Part shown: positions 29,801 through 38,175 of the stretch, piece by piece
How positions within the stretch are numbered: position 1 is the stretch's first letter
Layout: every line of letters begins with the position of its first letter
NCBI GenBank assembly: GCA_965215185.1
Contig: OZ244034.1
Location: 2,976,001-3,040,000 of the forward strand
Length of the DNA stretch: 64,000 bases
DNA from: Acidimicrobiia bacterium
GTDB lineage: Bacteria; Actinomycetota; Acidimicrobiia; Spongiisociales; ZC4RG35
Direction: 5' to 3'
Translations under genes and position numbers: made by a program
Notes under the pieces: model-generated
What the model was told of the DNA's origin: nothing
Seen by the model: only the letters and a program-made list of their open reading frames with translations
The model's database searches: none

Positions 29801-32418
29801 TCGGCGGCTCCGCAACCGGAACGATCAGTTCCGCCGGTGACACGGACTGGTTCGTGGTCCACCTCGAAGCAGGCGGCCAGTATCAGATCGATGTGCTCGG
29901 TGACGTCGACCGGGCCTACGGCGGCACCCTCGCAGACCCCGAAGTCACACTGCTCGACATCGACGGCAACCCGCTGTCACCCGAGGTCAGCAACGACAAC
30001 TCCGGCTACGACAACAACGCCCGCATCCGTTCCTACACCGCCGCCGCGTCGGGCACCCACTACATCGTGATCGAGTCCGCCGACGGCACCGGCACCGGCA
30101 CCTACACCGTGCAAGTGCACAACCCCCCGCCCATGCGACCATCTGTACCCACCACCGTCACGGTGCAAAAGTCCGACTTCAGGAACCTGGTCGTCTCCTG
30201 GGAGCCTCCCGACGACACCGGCGGCGCCGAGGTCGTCTCCTACCAAGTGGTCTGGGAGTCCACCGTCGATGGCTATGACGACTTCGAAGACCTGCTCAGG
30301 CGAGGCAAGGTGGTCGCCGGCCGCACTTCGACGACCATTTCGGGCCTGCTCGACCGGCTGCCTGCATCAGGCACGGCGCCCGAATACCAAGTGAGGGTCC
30401 GTGCGCTCAATGCCGCCGGCCACAGCCGCTGGACAGAGCCCGAGACCGAAACGCCCGTGGTGGCCCCCACCGAAGTGAAGAACCTCAACCTCGAAGTGAT
30501 GAGCGCCAGCAGCATCAACGTCACCTGGGATCCCCCAGACGACAACGGCGGACTGGCCATCACGAGCTATCTGGTCGAATACAAGCCATTCTTCTACGCC
30601 TGGTCGCAGGCCAACACAGCAACCATCACCGACACGTCCTATCTCATCTCGAACCAAACCAGCGGCCGGATCTACGACATCAGCGTCACGGCGCTAAACG
30701 CCGCCGCCGGGACTGAGGGGGTCATAAAAGAGACGTTCCTGCCGTCGCTGCCCTACACGCCCACCGGCCTCACCCTGTACAGCAACCATCAAGGTTTCAC
30801 CGTCTCCTGGCAGCTAGCCCCCACCGATAGCAGACCGATCTCCAACAGCGTGCTGCGATGGAGGCGCCTCCCGTCCAACATCTGGAGAACAAAGACTGTC
30901 GACTCCGATTCGCGCCGGGCATACGACCTCAGCGGCTTTGGCAATGGCGCCGACTTCGAATTCCAGGTTGCTGCCGAGAACGACGCCGGCCGGGGCTCCT
31001 GGACCAGCTCTGTTATCGCGGCACCGGTTCACCAGCCGCAGGCACCCCAAAACCTCAGCATCGACGCTAACCACAAACAGAGTGGCACATCACGCGAATT
31101 GCGTGTCACCTGGAGTCATGACCAATCCGATACCGGCTTCACGGTCCGGTGGCGGCTCAGCACTTCGAGCGACTTCGACGCCGACGACACAAAGAGCCTC
31201 GATGGGTCCGCCAGATCAACCACAATAAACGTCAACAACGGCAAGCATTACATCGTGCAAGTAACCCGGGGCAGTCAATTCAATAACAACCTCAAGACCG
31301 CCACCGTCTCCGGTACCAACTATCAGGTCCGAGATTGGCTCAAGGACGAGTTCTTACCCAACTATACGGACGACTACCCCTGGCTCTCCGAGATCTTTGA
31401 GAGACTACCGACATTACCTATCAATGTAGTCTCGGGAAATACGAGCTATGTAAACACGGCTACAACAGACATCGATGGCTGGTCCTTAGCTGGTACTCAG
31501 AAGGTGTACCTAACCGAAGATGTGTTTAGCCAGCTCCCAGACAACGCTTACCGGAACCGAGTAGCGATCCACGAATTGGCCCACGTCTACACATTGAATT
31601 GGCGGTTCATCAACGAACCGATGGCTGTCCTGAACTTACAGCAACGTCTTGAATTCGGTACGGCATGCGACCTAACGATCGAGTATCTTGCTGAGACCGT
31701 GACATATGCAACAACCGGAAACCTGACAGACAGCTATTACCATAACTGCAGCGGGAAGTGGAACAAGTTCAGAAGCAGCACCCTAGCAACCAGCGCGGAG
31801 AGCGCACTTGCGGGCGAAACACCAGCATGGTTCGCACAAACATACGAGAATTCGTCGGGAAACATGGACATGGAGCAGATCTGGGACGATCTGACCAACA
31901 AAGAACTAGATCCGCAGGAGACTGGAAGGGATAGAGATATTCGTATCTGGGGCTTCCGCAACATGTTCGGTGGCTTCTGCTCGCATTGGGAAGCGCGCAC
32001 TTCACGGCGGAATCTCAATCTGACGAACCCGGTCAATGACAATAGTGACCCCTATGACGACGTCACCACCAACCCATGGCAAGACGGCGGATGCCTGTCG
32101 CGTCGACCCCGCGACGTGACCGCTACACCCGGCTCGGGTTCGCTGGAAATCAGCTGGAAGAAGCCGCTGTGGACCTTCGAGCCAACCGTCGACGGCTATC
32201 TCGTGCAGTGGAAACTCGCCCACAAGCCCGATTACCCCTCCAGCCAGCAGATAATCGTCGACGGCCTTACCGACACCACCACCGTCACCATCGACAACCT
32301 AGTCAGAAACGGCTACTACACCGTGCGGATCGCGGCGATCGAAGTCGATAGGCCCGGCATCCTGCGAGACCAGTTCGGTCACCAGCGCTACACAGAGTCC
32401 GACTTTCTCGCCAACTGA
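23860..32418 (+). CDS. Giant surface protein, segment 3: cadherin-like, FN3 and many PPC-like repeats, HExxH domain, terminal FN3
   Basis: LDHE/VDFE cadherin motifs; W..P....GY..GL.P.T.Y FN3 motifs; repeated D.DWF.V.L.AG..Y.I.V.G...L.DP; AIHELAH at 31570-31584. Confidence 0.85.
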   Translation, partial: GSSPAGFFEVSGSLASGDLRLVTTAALDHEAGGANSGVYEAELVMISGVGDRERTARQRWTVIAGDVDEPPTLVQGLRAAAMSHTTATLQWGASSCDSATTCPSIGYEIYRLDGTEWILLDRVDALSYTAVGLEPETTYQFRVDANNDEGTAAGAVFSVTTDDPPPDCAGDIITACTVAVDATASESVTEAGDADWYAVTLGVARLYRFEVSGRGSDALEDPFVKLYDDTGAAVAAGGVVVEDAETTGDGTAEVDFRSGMTGEYFLEAAASDGVGTGYYTLSVVDLTPASMSEGVNDLPESPFTPGRVEPDGGEVTGDVGTVGDVDWFAVDLGSGRTYRVSVVGGTGTGELADPAFKLLDDAGAELSPAVGDTDDDGDGTAVTVFTPAVAGTYFVAVLEDGDDGTGAYTVMVQELDCAGDATTGCVVEVGGSKVGGIGDAGDVDWYRVAVGAGTDYEISVVGGSGVGVLADPVVRVYDATGVTVVVQDSDTDGDGTASVAVAPTEAGTYFVAVLEDGDDATGVYTVMVAVTNSPPKFLDPYATVLPLGERLDVSLMENTELALDIDVFDADEADSVSGYSIVGGADESLFEIDAGNDDALTLTVVVDFEMPVDSGTDNVYEVELQATSGAGARQKTATVLVAVTVTDDDSEAPGQFMPQVIDERVDSVSVKWTTPQTTGPPITGYQILRRPLPNGEWSNLPEAAPSVLEGVVDGLDSGAAYEIAVEAQSDEGESLSDSVIAYTDECAASAVGSCPLAVGSPVTARINIFNVGVDADWFVVELEATTPYRIEVKGSEPADPGGTVSDPATLADPALRVFNAGGVAVADAFDADGGEGQNSVLAFTAPQTGIYYVEVREDGDDATGSYTVAVGTDDTCGASTATACTVAVDGTAAGTAESGSDVDWYSVGLDPDVAYVLYVASRSENSDGLGDPLLVGVFNAEGVLIGGTADSDSGAGQDSYKLLTPDTAATYYVAVGSDSGLGGDFTLFVSRQRPQNSVSEPTGGDLASHAGTTGHVLVAGQSTGGFSDESDRDMFGVWLEAGRVYRIGASGACSDDAALVGGTSTGLGISLVDHQLDASHGSAAVHLGASVGAEFIASASGACPRSAMDVQVLESLFAYVLAADDGVAGAGTYTVSVSDVSAEVTVPDTAGRDAAGSTSTSGRARVGVAVTGVIDPSGDVDWFAIEFEAGTAYRIDVRGDSVTDSGGTLGDPYVSLLDSAGDPLSPAVFDNDSGADNNARILSYTPTAPGTFYIEVKDNADGTGTYTVAVGAGDACAASVSTACTVEADSAAEGTIGEASDVDWFKATALAADVPYTLYVAPRGAAVDDLEDPKLEGVYDSTGVRIAGTTDSDSGAGQDSYVVFTPDAAADTFYVAVGRDSGVPGGFSVFVARREPAATVSEDHGSDVHGGAGTWAHLLVGDTAVGDLSHVGDADAVGVRLAAGRVYRLEARGACPQEPNLSGGTLANPSLTLNDAAGSTDHSQLAAVDPAQGFSGEGSAETCAPASVDVQALDTVLVYAQITTADAVAPTGTWTLSMTDISAHVTIAEPSDGDATADTDTAGRVAVGASVTGTIDPDGDEDWYAVELEAGAAYRIDVRGDSATNNGGTLADPHVSLLDSGGADLSPAVSDDNSGVNNNARIGSFTPTVTGTFYIVVSDPDGTGTGTYTLSVTPGADCPTDIATTCEAAIDGAVDGVIHANDDQDWFKATLAQDTAYTLYVTPRGSSAADLEDPELVGVYDSSGDLIADTTDVDSGLGAHSYTVFTPDAAGVYYAAVGRDTGGVGGFTLWMARQRPGATVAEPTGGDLAPHAGTIGHLLAAGQATGTIADDRDEDLYGMWLEAGRAYRIAARGACITDGPLHGGTLTGYGLSLENAAGATTHIGTAQRILVSSTGAGTTELLGVSPSGVAFTASVSHECETASLDVEMQQSAPLYLRVAPLPGESGTYTVSLEDITAQLTVSEPVGQDFPAETTTAGRAGIGGSATGTISSAGDTDWFVVHLEAGGQYQIDVLGDVDRAYGGTLADPEVTLLDIDGNPLSPEVSNDNSGYDNNARIRSYTAAASGTHYIVIESADGTGTGTYTVQVHNPPPMRPSVPTTVTVQKSDFRNLVVSWEPPDDTGGAEVVSYQVVWESTVDGYDDFEDLLRRGKVVAGRTSTTISGLLDRLPASGTAPEYQVRVRALNAAGHSRWTEPETETPVVAPTEVKNLNLEVMSASSINVTWDPPDDNGGLAITSYLVEYKPFFYAWSQANTATITDTSYLISNQTSGRIYDISVTALNAAAGTEGVIKETFLPSLPYTPTGLTLYSNHQGFTVSWQLAPTDSRPISNSVLRWRRLPSNIWRTKTVDSDSRRAYDLSGFGNGADFEFQVAAENDAGRGSWTSSVIAAPVHQPQAPQNLSIDANHKQSGTSRELRVTWSHDQSDTGFTVRWRLSTSSDFDADDTKSLDGSARSTTINVNNGKHYIVQVTRGSQFNNNLKTATVSGTNYQVRDWLKDEFLPNYTDDYPWLSEIFERLPTLPINVVSGNTSYVNTATTDIDGWSLAGTQKVYLTEDVFSQLPDNAYRNRVAIHELAHVYTLNWRFINEPMAVLNLQQRLEFGTACDLTIEYLAETVTYATTGNLTDSYYHNCSGKWNKFRSSTLATSAESALAGETPAWFAQTYENSSGNMDMEQIWDDLTNKELDPQETGRDRDIRIWGFRNMFGGFCSHWEARTSRRNLNLTNPVNDNSDPYDDVTTNPWQDGGCLSRRPRDVTATPGSGSLEISWKKPLWTFEPTVDGYLVQWKLAHKPDYPSSQQIIVDGLTDTTTVTIDNLVRNGYYTVRIAAIEVDRPGILRDQFGHQRYTESDFLAN

Positions 32419-32689
32419 ACCGCACCGGGTTTCACGCAGGCTGTGGTGTACCCCGTGTTTCGCGCCCGCCGGTTCTCGTGGTGGGTACAGCGTATCTGAC
32501 CGATGCGGGCGCGACAGCCCCGCCATCCAGGCGACGGCGGCGTCTGTGTATCCGACTTGGAGCGTTCCGAGCATCCATCGGACGGCTTCGAGTTCCGCGG
32601 CCGCGGTCTTCGGCTCCGGCGGGCGAACTGTGGGGGTGAGCGGTAGGTCTGTTGAGGTCTAGAAGGACGCCTAGATGGCGCTGGCGGGA

Positions 32690-32940
32690 TCGGGGTTTGA
32701 GGTTGGTTTTGTCAGCCAGATGGTTCCACTTGTTGACAACATCGTTGCGGGCGGACTCCCAGGCGTCGAACGCTTGGCGGTGGGTTTCGTCGTCGAGGAT
32801 TTTGGGGGTGTCGACCTCGTTGCGTGGGTGAGCACGGTCGAGGCAGGCGAGGGTGTCTGCTATCGGGGTACCGTCGGGTCCGACGTAGCGGAAGAGGGGC
32901 TGTTTCCAGTCGGCGGCACGTACTCAGAACATGTAACCGG
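32690..32940 (-). pseudogene. Protein fragment, possibly the C-terminus of a helicase-like protein
   Basis: Minus frame PGYMF*VRAADWKQPLFRYV..DTLACLDRAHP..AFDAWESARNDVVNKWNHLADK looks protein-like; family assignment from recall only. Confidence 0.3.
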
Positions 32941-33018
32941 GTGCGAAGACTCCGGTCGTGCACACCTTCGGTGTTCCCGTCTGAACGTCCATGTATGCGG
33001 GCTTGTGCCGCTGGGCTT

Positions 33019-34095
33019 TCAGGTCGTGGCCAGTTCCAGCATTCGCTGGTACATGGCGTGCGCGTCGAACGTGCCGGAGTTGGCGGTGACCCACTCGTCA
33101 ACGATGCCGCGAGTCGCTTCCTTCCACCGCTGGAGTTCGGCGTCTTCGAGCAACACTTTGGTGATTCCAGCGGCAGTGTTCTTCTCGGCTGCAGTGGCGC
33201 TCGCCCTGTCGTAAAACATGGCCACAGCCTCAGAAACCTGCTTGCCAGATAGATTCTCTATGGCGGCCTGTTGGTCTGTCGACAGCCTGTCCCAAGCGTC
33301 TAGGTTCATCACCAGGAACGACGCAAGCACGTAGCAGCCGCACTCTGTGCCGCTCTCCAGAACATCTGTCAGGTCATGGGTTGCCAGCGCGGTGTCAACC
33401 GTGAGCAGGCCATCAATCTCGCCTGCCTCCAATGCGCCGCGCAAATCAGGTGCGGCCATGCTCACCGGATTGGCTCCCAGCGCTTTGATCATCGCAGCCT
33501 GCACCGGACCTGACGACCGGATAGTGAGCCCGGCGATGTCGTCTGCTGTGGAGGCAACACCCTCCGCAAGCCACAAGTCGCCGGGACCCGTTGTCCATAG
33601 ACCGAGTATCTTCACGTCGTGATAGTCGTTGCGAAGGGCCTCAAACTCGTCGTAGAGCACCCAAAACGCCGCGGTGGCCTCCGACGAACTGTCAAACACG
33701 AATGGCATCTCCATCACTGCAGTCGCCGGGAAGCGCCCCGCCGAATACCCCTGGAGCGCCCATCCGATGTCCTGGCCACCCGCAGCGACGTTTGCATAGG
33801 TATCCGCTGCTGGACTCAAGGCCTGTTCCGCGTGGAACTCGACGGTGACTGAGCCAGCCGTCGCCGCGTTTACGTCTGCGGCCCACGGCTCCAGCACCTG
33901 AAGACGCAACGGATGCTTAGCAGGAAACGGGTAACCCAAGCTGAGAGTCACCGGGTCAGCTCGGTCGGAAGCGTTGTCGTTGCATGCAGCAGCCACCGCT
34001 CCGACCACCAACACCACAGCAAGAAGCCCACCCAGTCGAGTCAACACCAGTATGCGGGCTTGTGAGGTTGACCAACCGCTTCCTGTCTTCTTCAT
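33019..34095 (-). CDS. dctP: TRAP transporter substrate-binding lipoprotein (DctP family), orphan
   Basis: Lipobox AAAC, GRFP..AVMEMPF, GLTIRS, ALGANPV, LVMNLDAWDRLSTDQQAAI; no dctQ/dctM nearby. Confidence 0.85.
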   Translation of the reverse strand: MKKTGSGWSTSQARILVLTRLGGLLAVVLVVGAVAAACNDNASDRADPVTLSLGYPFPAKHPLRLQVLEPWAADVNAATAGSVTVEFHAEQALSPAADTYANVAAGGQDIGWALQGYSAGRFPATAVMEMPFVFDSSSEATAAFWVLYDEFEALRNDYHDVKILGLWTTGPGDLWLAEGVASTADDIAGLTIRSSGPVQAAMIKALGANPVSMAAPDLRGALEAGEIDGLLTVDTALATHDLTDVLESGTECGCYVLASFLVMNLDAWDRLSTDQQAAIENLSGKQVSEAVAMFYDRASATAAEKNTAAGITKVLLEDAELQRWKEATRGIVDEWVTANSGTFDAHAMYQRMLELATT

Positions 34096-34215
34096 ACGCT
34101 CACAATCCCATCATCTTCGGAGTAACACAACTCGCACATTCCCAAGTTTAAGGCTGTTCGCCCGGGGCCCCGCCAGCGGACTTCCCTCCCGCTGGGGGCC
34201 TTTGGGGGTCGGGGA

Positions 34216-34416
34216 TCTGGAACCAACGCCAGCTCCAGCGGCTCGTGATCGACTACATAGCGTACTACAACTTCCACCGGCCCCACCGATCGCTAATCCA
34301 GCGACCACCCCAACACACCACCCCCGACAACAACACGACTGACCACCCGCTACCCCTTCGACTCGTCCGAACGATCCGCTGCGATGGCCTCATCAACGAA
34401 TACAAACATGCCGCCT
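34216..34416 (+). mobile_element. Integrase-core transposase (IS481-like) C-terminal fragment
   Basis: IWNQRQLQRLVIDYIAYYNFHRPHRSL..CDGLINEYKHAA. Confidence 0.7.
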
Positions 34417-34752
34417 TGAACCGTTCCGGGTTTCCCGGAGAGTGTTTTACTTGAGTCCAGCTAGCTGGACTCGCTTTTGTTGACGATGGTAGTTGGCCTC
34501 CTTCTCTGCTGGTGGGATGTGTCCTATTGGTTCGAGGAGTCGGCGGTGGTTGAACCAGTCCACGTATTCGAGGGTGGCGTACTCGACCTGGTCGAGGTCC
34601 TTCCACGGAGCGCGTTTGTGGATGAGTTCTGTCTTGTACAGGCCGATGACGGATTCGGCGAGGGCGTTGTCGTAGGAATCCCCAACCGAGCCGACCGATG
34701 GTTCGATGCCGGCTTCGGTGAGCCGGTTCGTGTAGCGAATGGACAGATATTG
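34417..34752 (-). mobile_element. IS3 family 3' half, copy 1, with right terminal repeat
   Basis: QYLSIRYTNRL..SVGSVGDSYDNALAES..WFNHRRL; terminus TGAACCGTTCCGGGTTTCCCGGAG. Confidence 0.88.
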
Positions 34753-34756
34753 CCCA

Positions 34757-36203
34757 GGTTCAAGGGGTCGTTGCAACACTGCCTTGTTTGAGGGAGTGTA
34801 GGTATTCGTTGAGGGCCTCGGCTGGAGTCCTCCAGCCGAGGGTTTTGCGGGGTCGGCTGTTGAGTGCTGCAGCGACAGCGTCGAGGTCGTTGCGTGAGTG
34901 TCTGTGGAGGTCGGTGCCTTTGGGGAAGTATTGGCGGAGCAGACCGTTGGTGTTCTCGTTGGTTCCACGCTGCCATGGACTCTGCGGGTCGCAGAAGTAG
35001 ATGTCGAGGTTGGCCTCTGTGCGGAGTTGAGCATGCTGAGCCATTTCGACTCCTTGGTCCCAGGTCAACGACTTCCGGAGCTGTTGGGGCAGGGTGATGA
35101 TCGACGCAGCGATAGCGTCTCGTACGGCTTGGGCGCCATGGCCGGCGAGAGGGGGCCCGTTGTGGACCCGTTGCTGTTTTCGGTGGCCTGGCATGGGTGG
35201 GAGATGCAACAGCATCGTGAACCGGGTGGTGCGCTCAACCAGCGTCCCGATCGCGGAACTCCGAAGTCCCAGGATCAGGTCACCTTCCCAGTGTCCTGGC
35301 ACTGCCCGGTCGTCGGCCTCGGCGGGGCGTTGGCTGATCATGATCTCGGGGCTGACGAAGGTGCGGCGCCGCTGCCGGGTCCGTGCCCGCGGGACCCGCA
35401 AAGCTCGCCCGGTTCGCAGACACGCCACAAGCTCCCGTTTTAGCGCGCCTCGGCCTTGCACATAGGCCGCCTGGTAGATCGCCTCGTGAGAGATCCTCAT
35501 GGACTCATTATCAGGGAAATCGATCCGGAGCCGCCTCGAGATCTGCTCAGGACTCCACGACGTTGCCCACCGCCGATCAGCTCGCCTTCCGTGACGGCGA
35601 CCCGCCCAGCGCACCTGGGGCCCTGGCACCAGCTCACCATCCGGGCGGGCGATCTGACCACCCAAACGATCCTGCACATACTCACGAAGCTCGTCGTTGG
35701 CGGCCAGCTTCGCGACCTTCGGGCGGCTGGCACGCCGCTCCGCGTGCCACTGCGCTGTCGTTGCCCGATAAACCACACCACGACTACGAGTTGCGGCGTT
35801 GCGCCGCAACTCCCGCGAAATCGTCGACGCGCAACGACCAAGGCGACGACCGATCTCCCGCACCCCCACACCCTGCGCACAGAAGATAGCGATCTCTTCC
35901 CGTTCGGTAAACGACAGATAACGGCCCGACACCGAACCCAGAGAGATCGGCGGCATCCCACCAGCCTGGCGGAACCATCTAGACCCAACCGCCGGTGACA
36001 CCCCCGCCCCGGCAGCAGCGTCCTCGCTCGAGACACCCCCAGCGATCGCTTCCCAGAACCGGACCCGATCCTCACGCCGCGCTTTCGACGGCCGACCAGG
36101 CGACCACAACTGACCCCGCATCACACGAACCGCCTCCCGACGCTTCACAACACTCACCGCAAACCTCCTTCATCACCAAGTGTTGCGACCACCAATTGAA
36201 TCC
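34757..36203 (-). mobile_element. IS30 family element, apparently intact (transposase 34760-36157)
   Basis: YLSFTEREEI, STISRELRRN, WSPEQIS, GHWEGDLI, LTWDQG.EM, PWQRGTNENTNGLLRQYFPK; IRs GGTTCAAGGGGTCGTTGCAACACT / GGATTCAATTGGTGGTCGCAACACT. Confidence 0.93.
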
Positions 36204-36206
36204 GCC

Positions 36207-36542
36207 CAATATCTGTCCATTCGCTACACGAACCGGCTCACCGAAGCCGGCATCGAACCATCAGTCGGCTCGGTTGGGGATTCCTACGACAACGCCCTCG
36301 CCGAATCCGTCATCGGCCTATACAAGACAGAACTCATCCACAAACGCGCTCCGTGGAAGGACCTCGACCAAGTCGAGTACGCCACCCTCGAATACGTCGA
36401 CTGGTTCAACCACCGCCGGCTCCTCGAACCCATCGGAGACATCCCACCAGCAGAGAAGGAGGCCAACTACCATCGTGAGCAGAACCGAGTCCAGCTAGCT
36501 GGACTCAAGTAAAACACTCTCCGGGAAACCCGGTACGGTTCA
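36207..36542 (+). mobile_element. IS3 family 3' half, copy 2, inverted relative to copy 1
   Basis: Near-identical reverse complement of 34417-34752 (336 bp); ends CCGGGAAACCCGGTACGGTTCA. Confidence 0.88.
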
Positions 36543-36712
36543 CATCTCGAAGGTAACCAACGGACCCACCGAAGCCCTCAACAACCTCATAAAGCGGATC
36601 AAACGCATCGCGTTCGGGTTACCCAACTTCGCGAACTACCGAATCCGCGCCCTTCTCTACGCCGGGAAACCCAACTGGGACCTATTGGCCACCGTCACTC
36701 CCCACTGAAATC
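36543..36712 (+). mobile_element. ISL3 family 3' fragment; its terminal repeat is split by IS110 and resumes at ~38191-38199
   Basis: TNGPTEALNNLIKRIKRIAFG..NFANYRIRALLYAGKPNW; end CCCACTGAAATC | (C)GATGAGCC resembles an ISL3 GAGCC terminus. Confidence 0.82.
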
Positions 36713-36728
36713 CACTCATACTTAGAAG

Positions 36729-36910
36729 GTTCCTGGGCTGGGACGGGTCTGACCCAACTGAAATCTGGCCTTGTGCCTTTTCATCGATCTGTCGGCCTGT
36801 TCCCGGCCTGGGGCGTAACCCCCTGACCCGGGGCGGATGTGACCTTATAGGAGCTTTGATCTTCCTCCACCGTGAGTGGCCTGTCCACCGCTTGCCGGGT
36901 CCGGGGATCG
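36729..36910 (+). ncRNA. IS110 bridge RNA candidate with target- and donor-binding loops
   Basis: Stem 36732-36753/36791-36812 encloses ACTGAAATC and TCATCGAT (match the flanks); stem 36820-36843/36883-36907 encloses ATAGGAGC and TGAGTGG (match the element ends). Confidence 0.85.
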
Positions 36911-36944
36911 GAAATGATTCTATCCCGCAGAGGAGGAAGGTGTC

Positions 36945-38175
36945 ATGGGAGAAGATGGTCGGGTTGTGTTCGGTGGGGTTGATACCCATCGTGATACCCA
37001 TGTTGCGGCGGTGGTTGATGGCGCCGGTCGGGTCCTGGGAACGGCACCGTTCGGGGCTGATCCGGTCGGATATGAGCAGATGACCAGGTGGTTCGGAACC
37101 CACGGGCACCTGCTCCGGGTAGGAGTGGAGGGCACCGGCAGCTACGGCGCCGGCCTAGCCCGCTATCTGATGGCGGCGGGCATCGAGGTGGTAGAAGTGA
37201 ACCGGCCGAACCGGCAGTTACGCCGCCAGAGGGGCGGCAAGACCGACAGTGTCGACGCCGAGGCGGCAGCTCGGGCAGCGGCCTCGGGGCAAGCTACCGC
37301 AGTTCCCAAATCTGGTGACGGCCCGGTTGAGTGCATACGGATGTTGTTGGTGGCCCGCCGCTCGGCTACCAAGGCCCGCACCCAGGCCGCTAACCAGATC
37401 CATTCTGTGGCCGTTACCGCACCTGAACAGGTAAAACGCCAGCTCAGAGGTCTCAAGCTCAAGGCCCGGGTTCGGGTCTGTGCCCGCTGGCGTCCCGGCC
37501 AAGCACAGACCACTGCGGCGTACGCGAAGATGGCTCTACGCTACCTGGCCCGCCGATACCAAGCCCTCGACACAGAAATCGCAGAACTCAAGATCGAGAT
37601 CCGTCGCCTCTGCGCCGAGGCTAACCCGGCTCTGTTAGCCGCCAAAGGTGTGGGCCCTGACACCGCTGCCGCCCTGCTAGTCGCAGCCGGCGACAACCCC
37701 CAGCGGATGAAATCGGAACGGTCCTTCGCGGCGCTGTGTGGCGCCAGCCCCGTCCAGGCATCATCGGGACAGACCATCCGGCATCGTCTCAACCGGGGAG
37801 GTAACCGCCAAGCCAACAACGCGCTCTGGCCGATGCGCTACCACCCGGATACGCCACGACGCAGCCACCAACCAATACGTGGCACGGCGCCAGGGGGAAG
37901 GAAAGAACCGAAAAGAGATCATCCGCTGCCTCAAGCGGCACATCGCCCCACAGGTCTACCGACTGCTGACCAACCCGCCACCAACCCCGAACTGCGCCCG
38001 GCTCCGCCGCCGACGTCAACACGCCAACATCACCGTCACCCAGGCCGCCCAACAGCTCGGAACCCACCCCAGCCGCATCTCAGCACTCGAACGCGGCCGA
38101 GACCACAACCACCAACTCGCCAGCCGATACCAGACCTGGCTCCTAACCCACGAACCGGCCCCATCACCGACTTGA
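36945..38175 (+). CDS. IS110 DEDD recombinase with C-terminal XRE-like HTH; frameshift near 37830
   Basis: GGVDTHRDTH, GVEGTGSYG, KTDSVDA, GVGPDTAA, PVQASSG, RLNRGGNRQAN; continues in another frame as EIIRCLKRHIA..RLRRRRQHANITVTQAAQQLGTHPSRISALERG. Confidence 0.88.

Noticed and set aside
34447-35034. ORFs joining IS30 ends to IS3 integrase sequence (also 36180-36512)
   Set aside because: Junction artefacts, not independent genes
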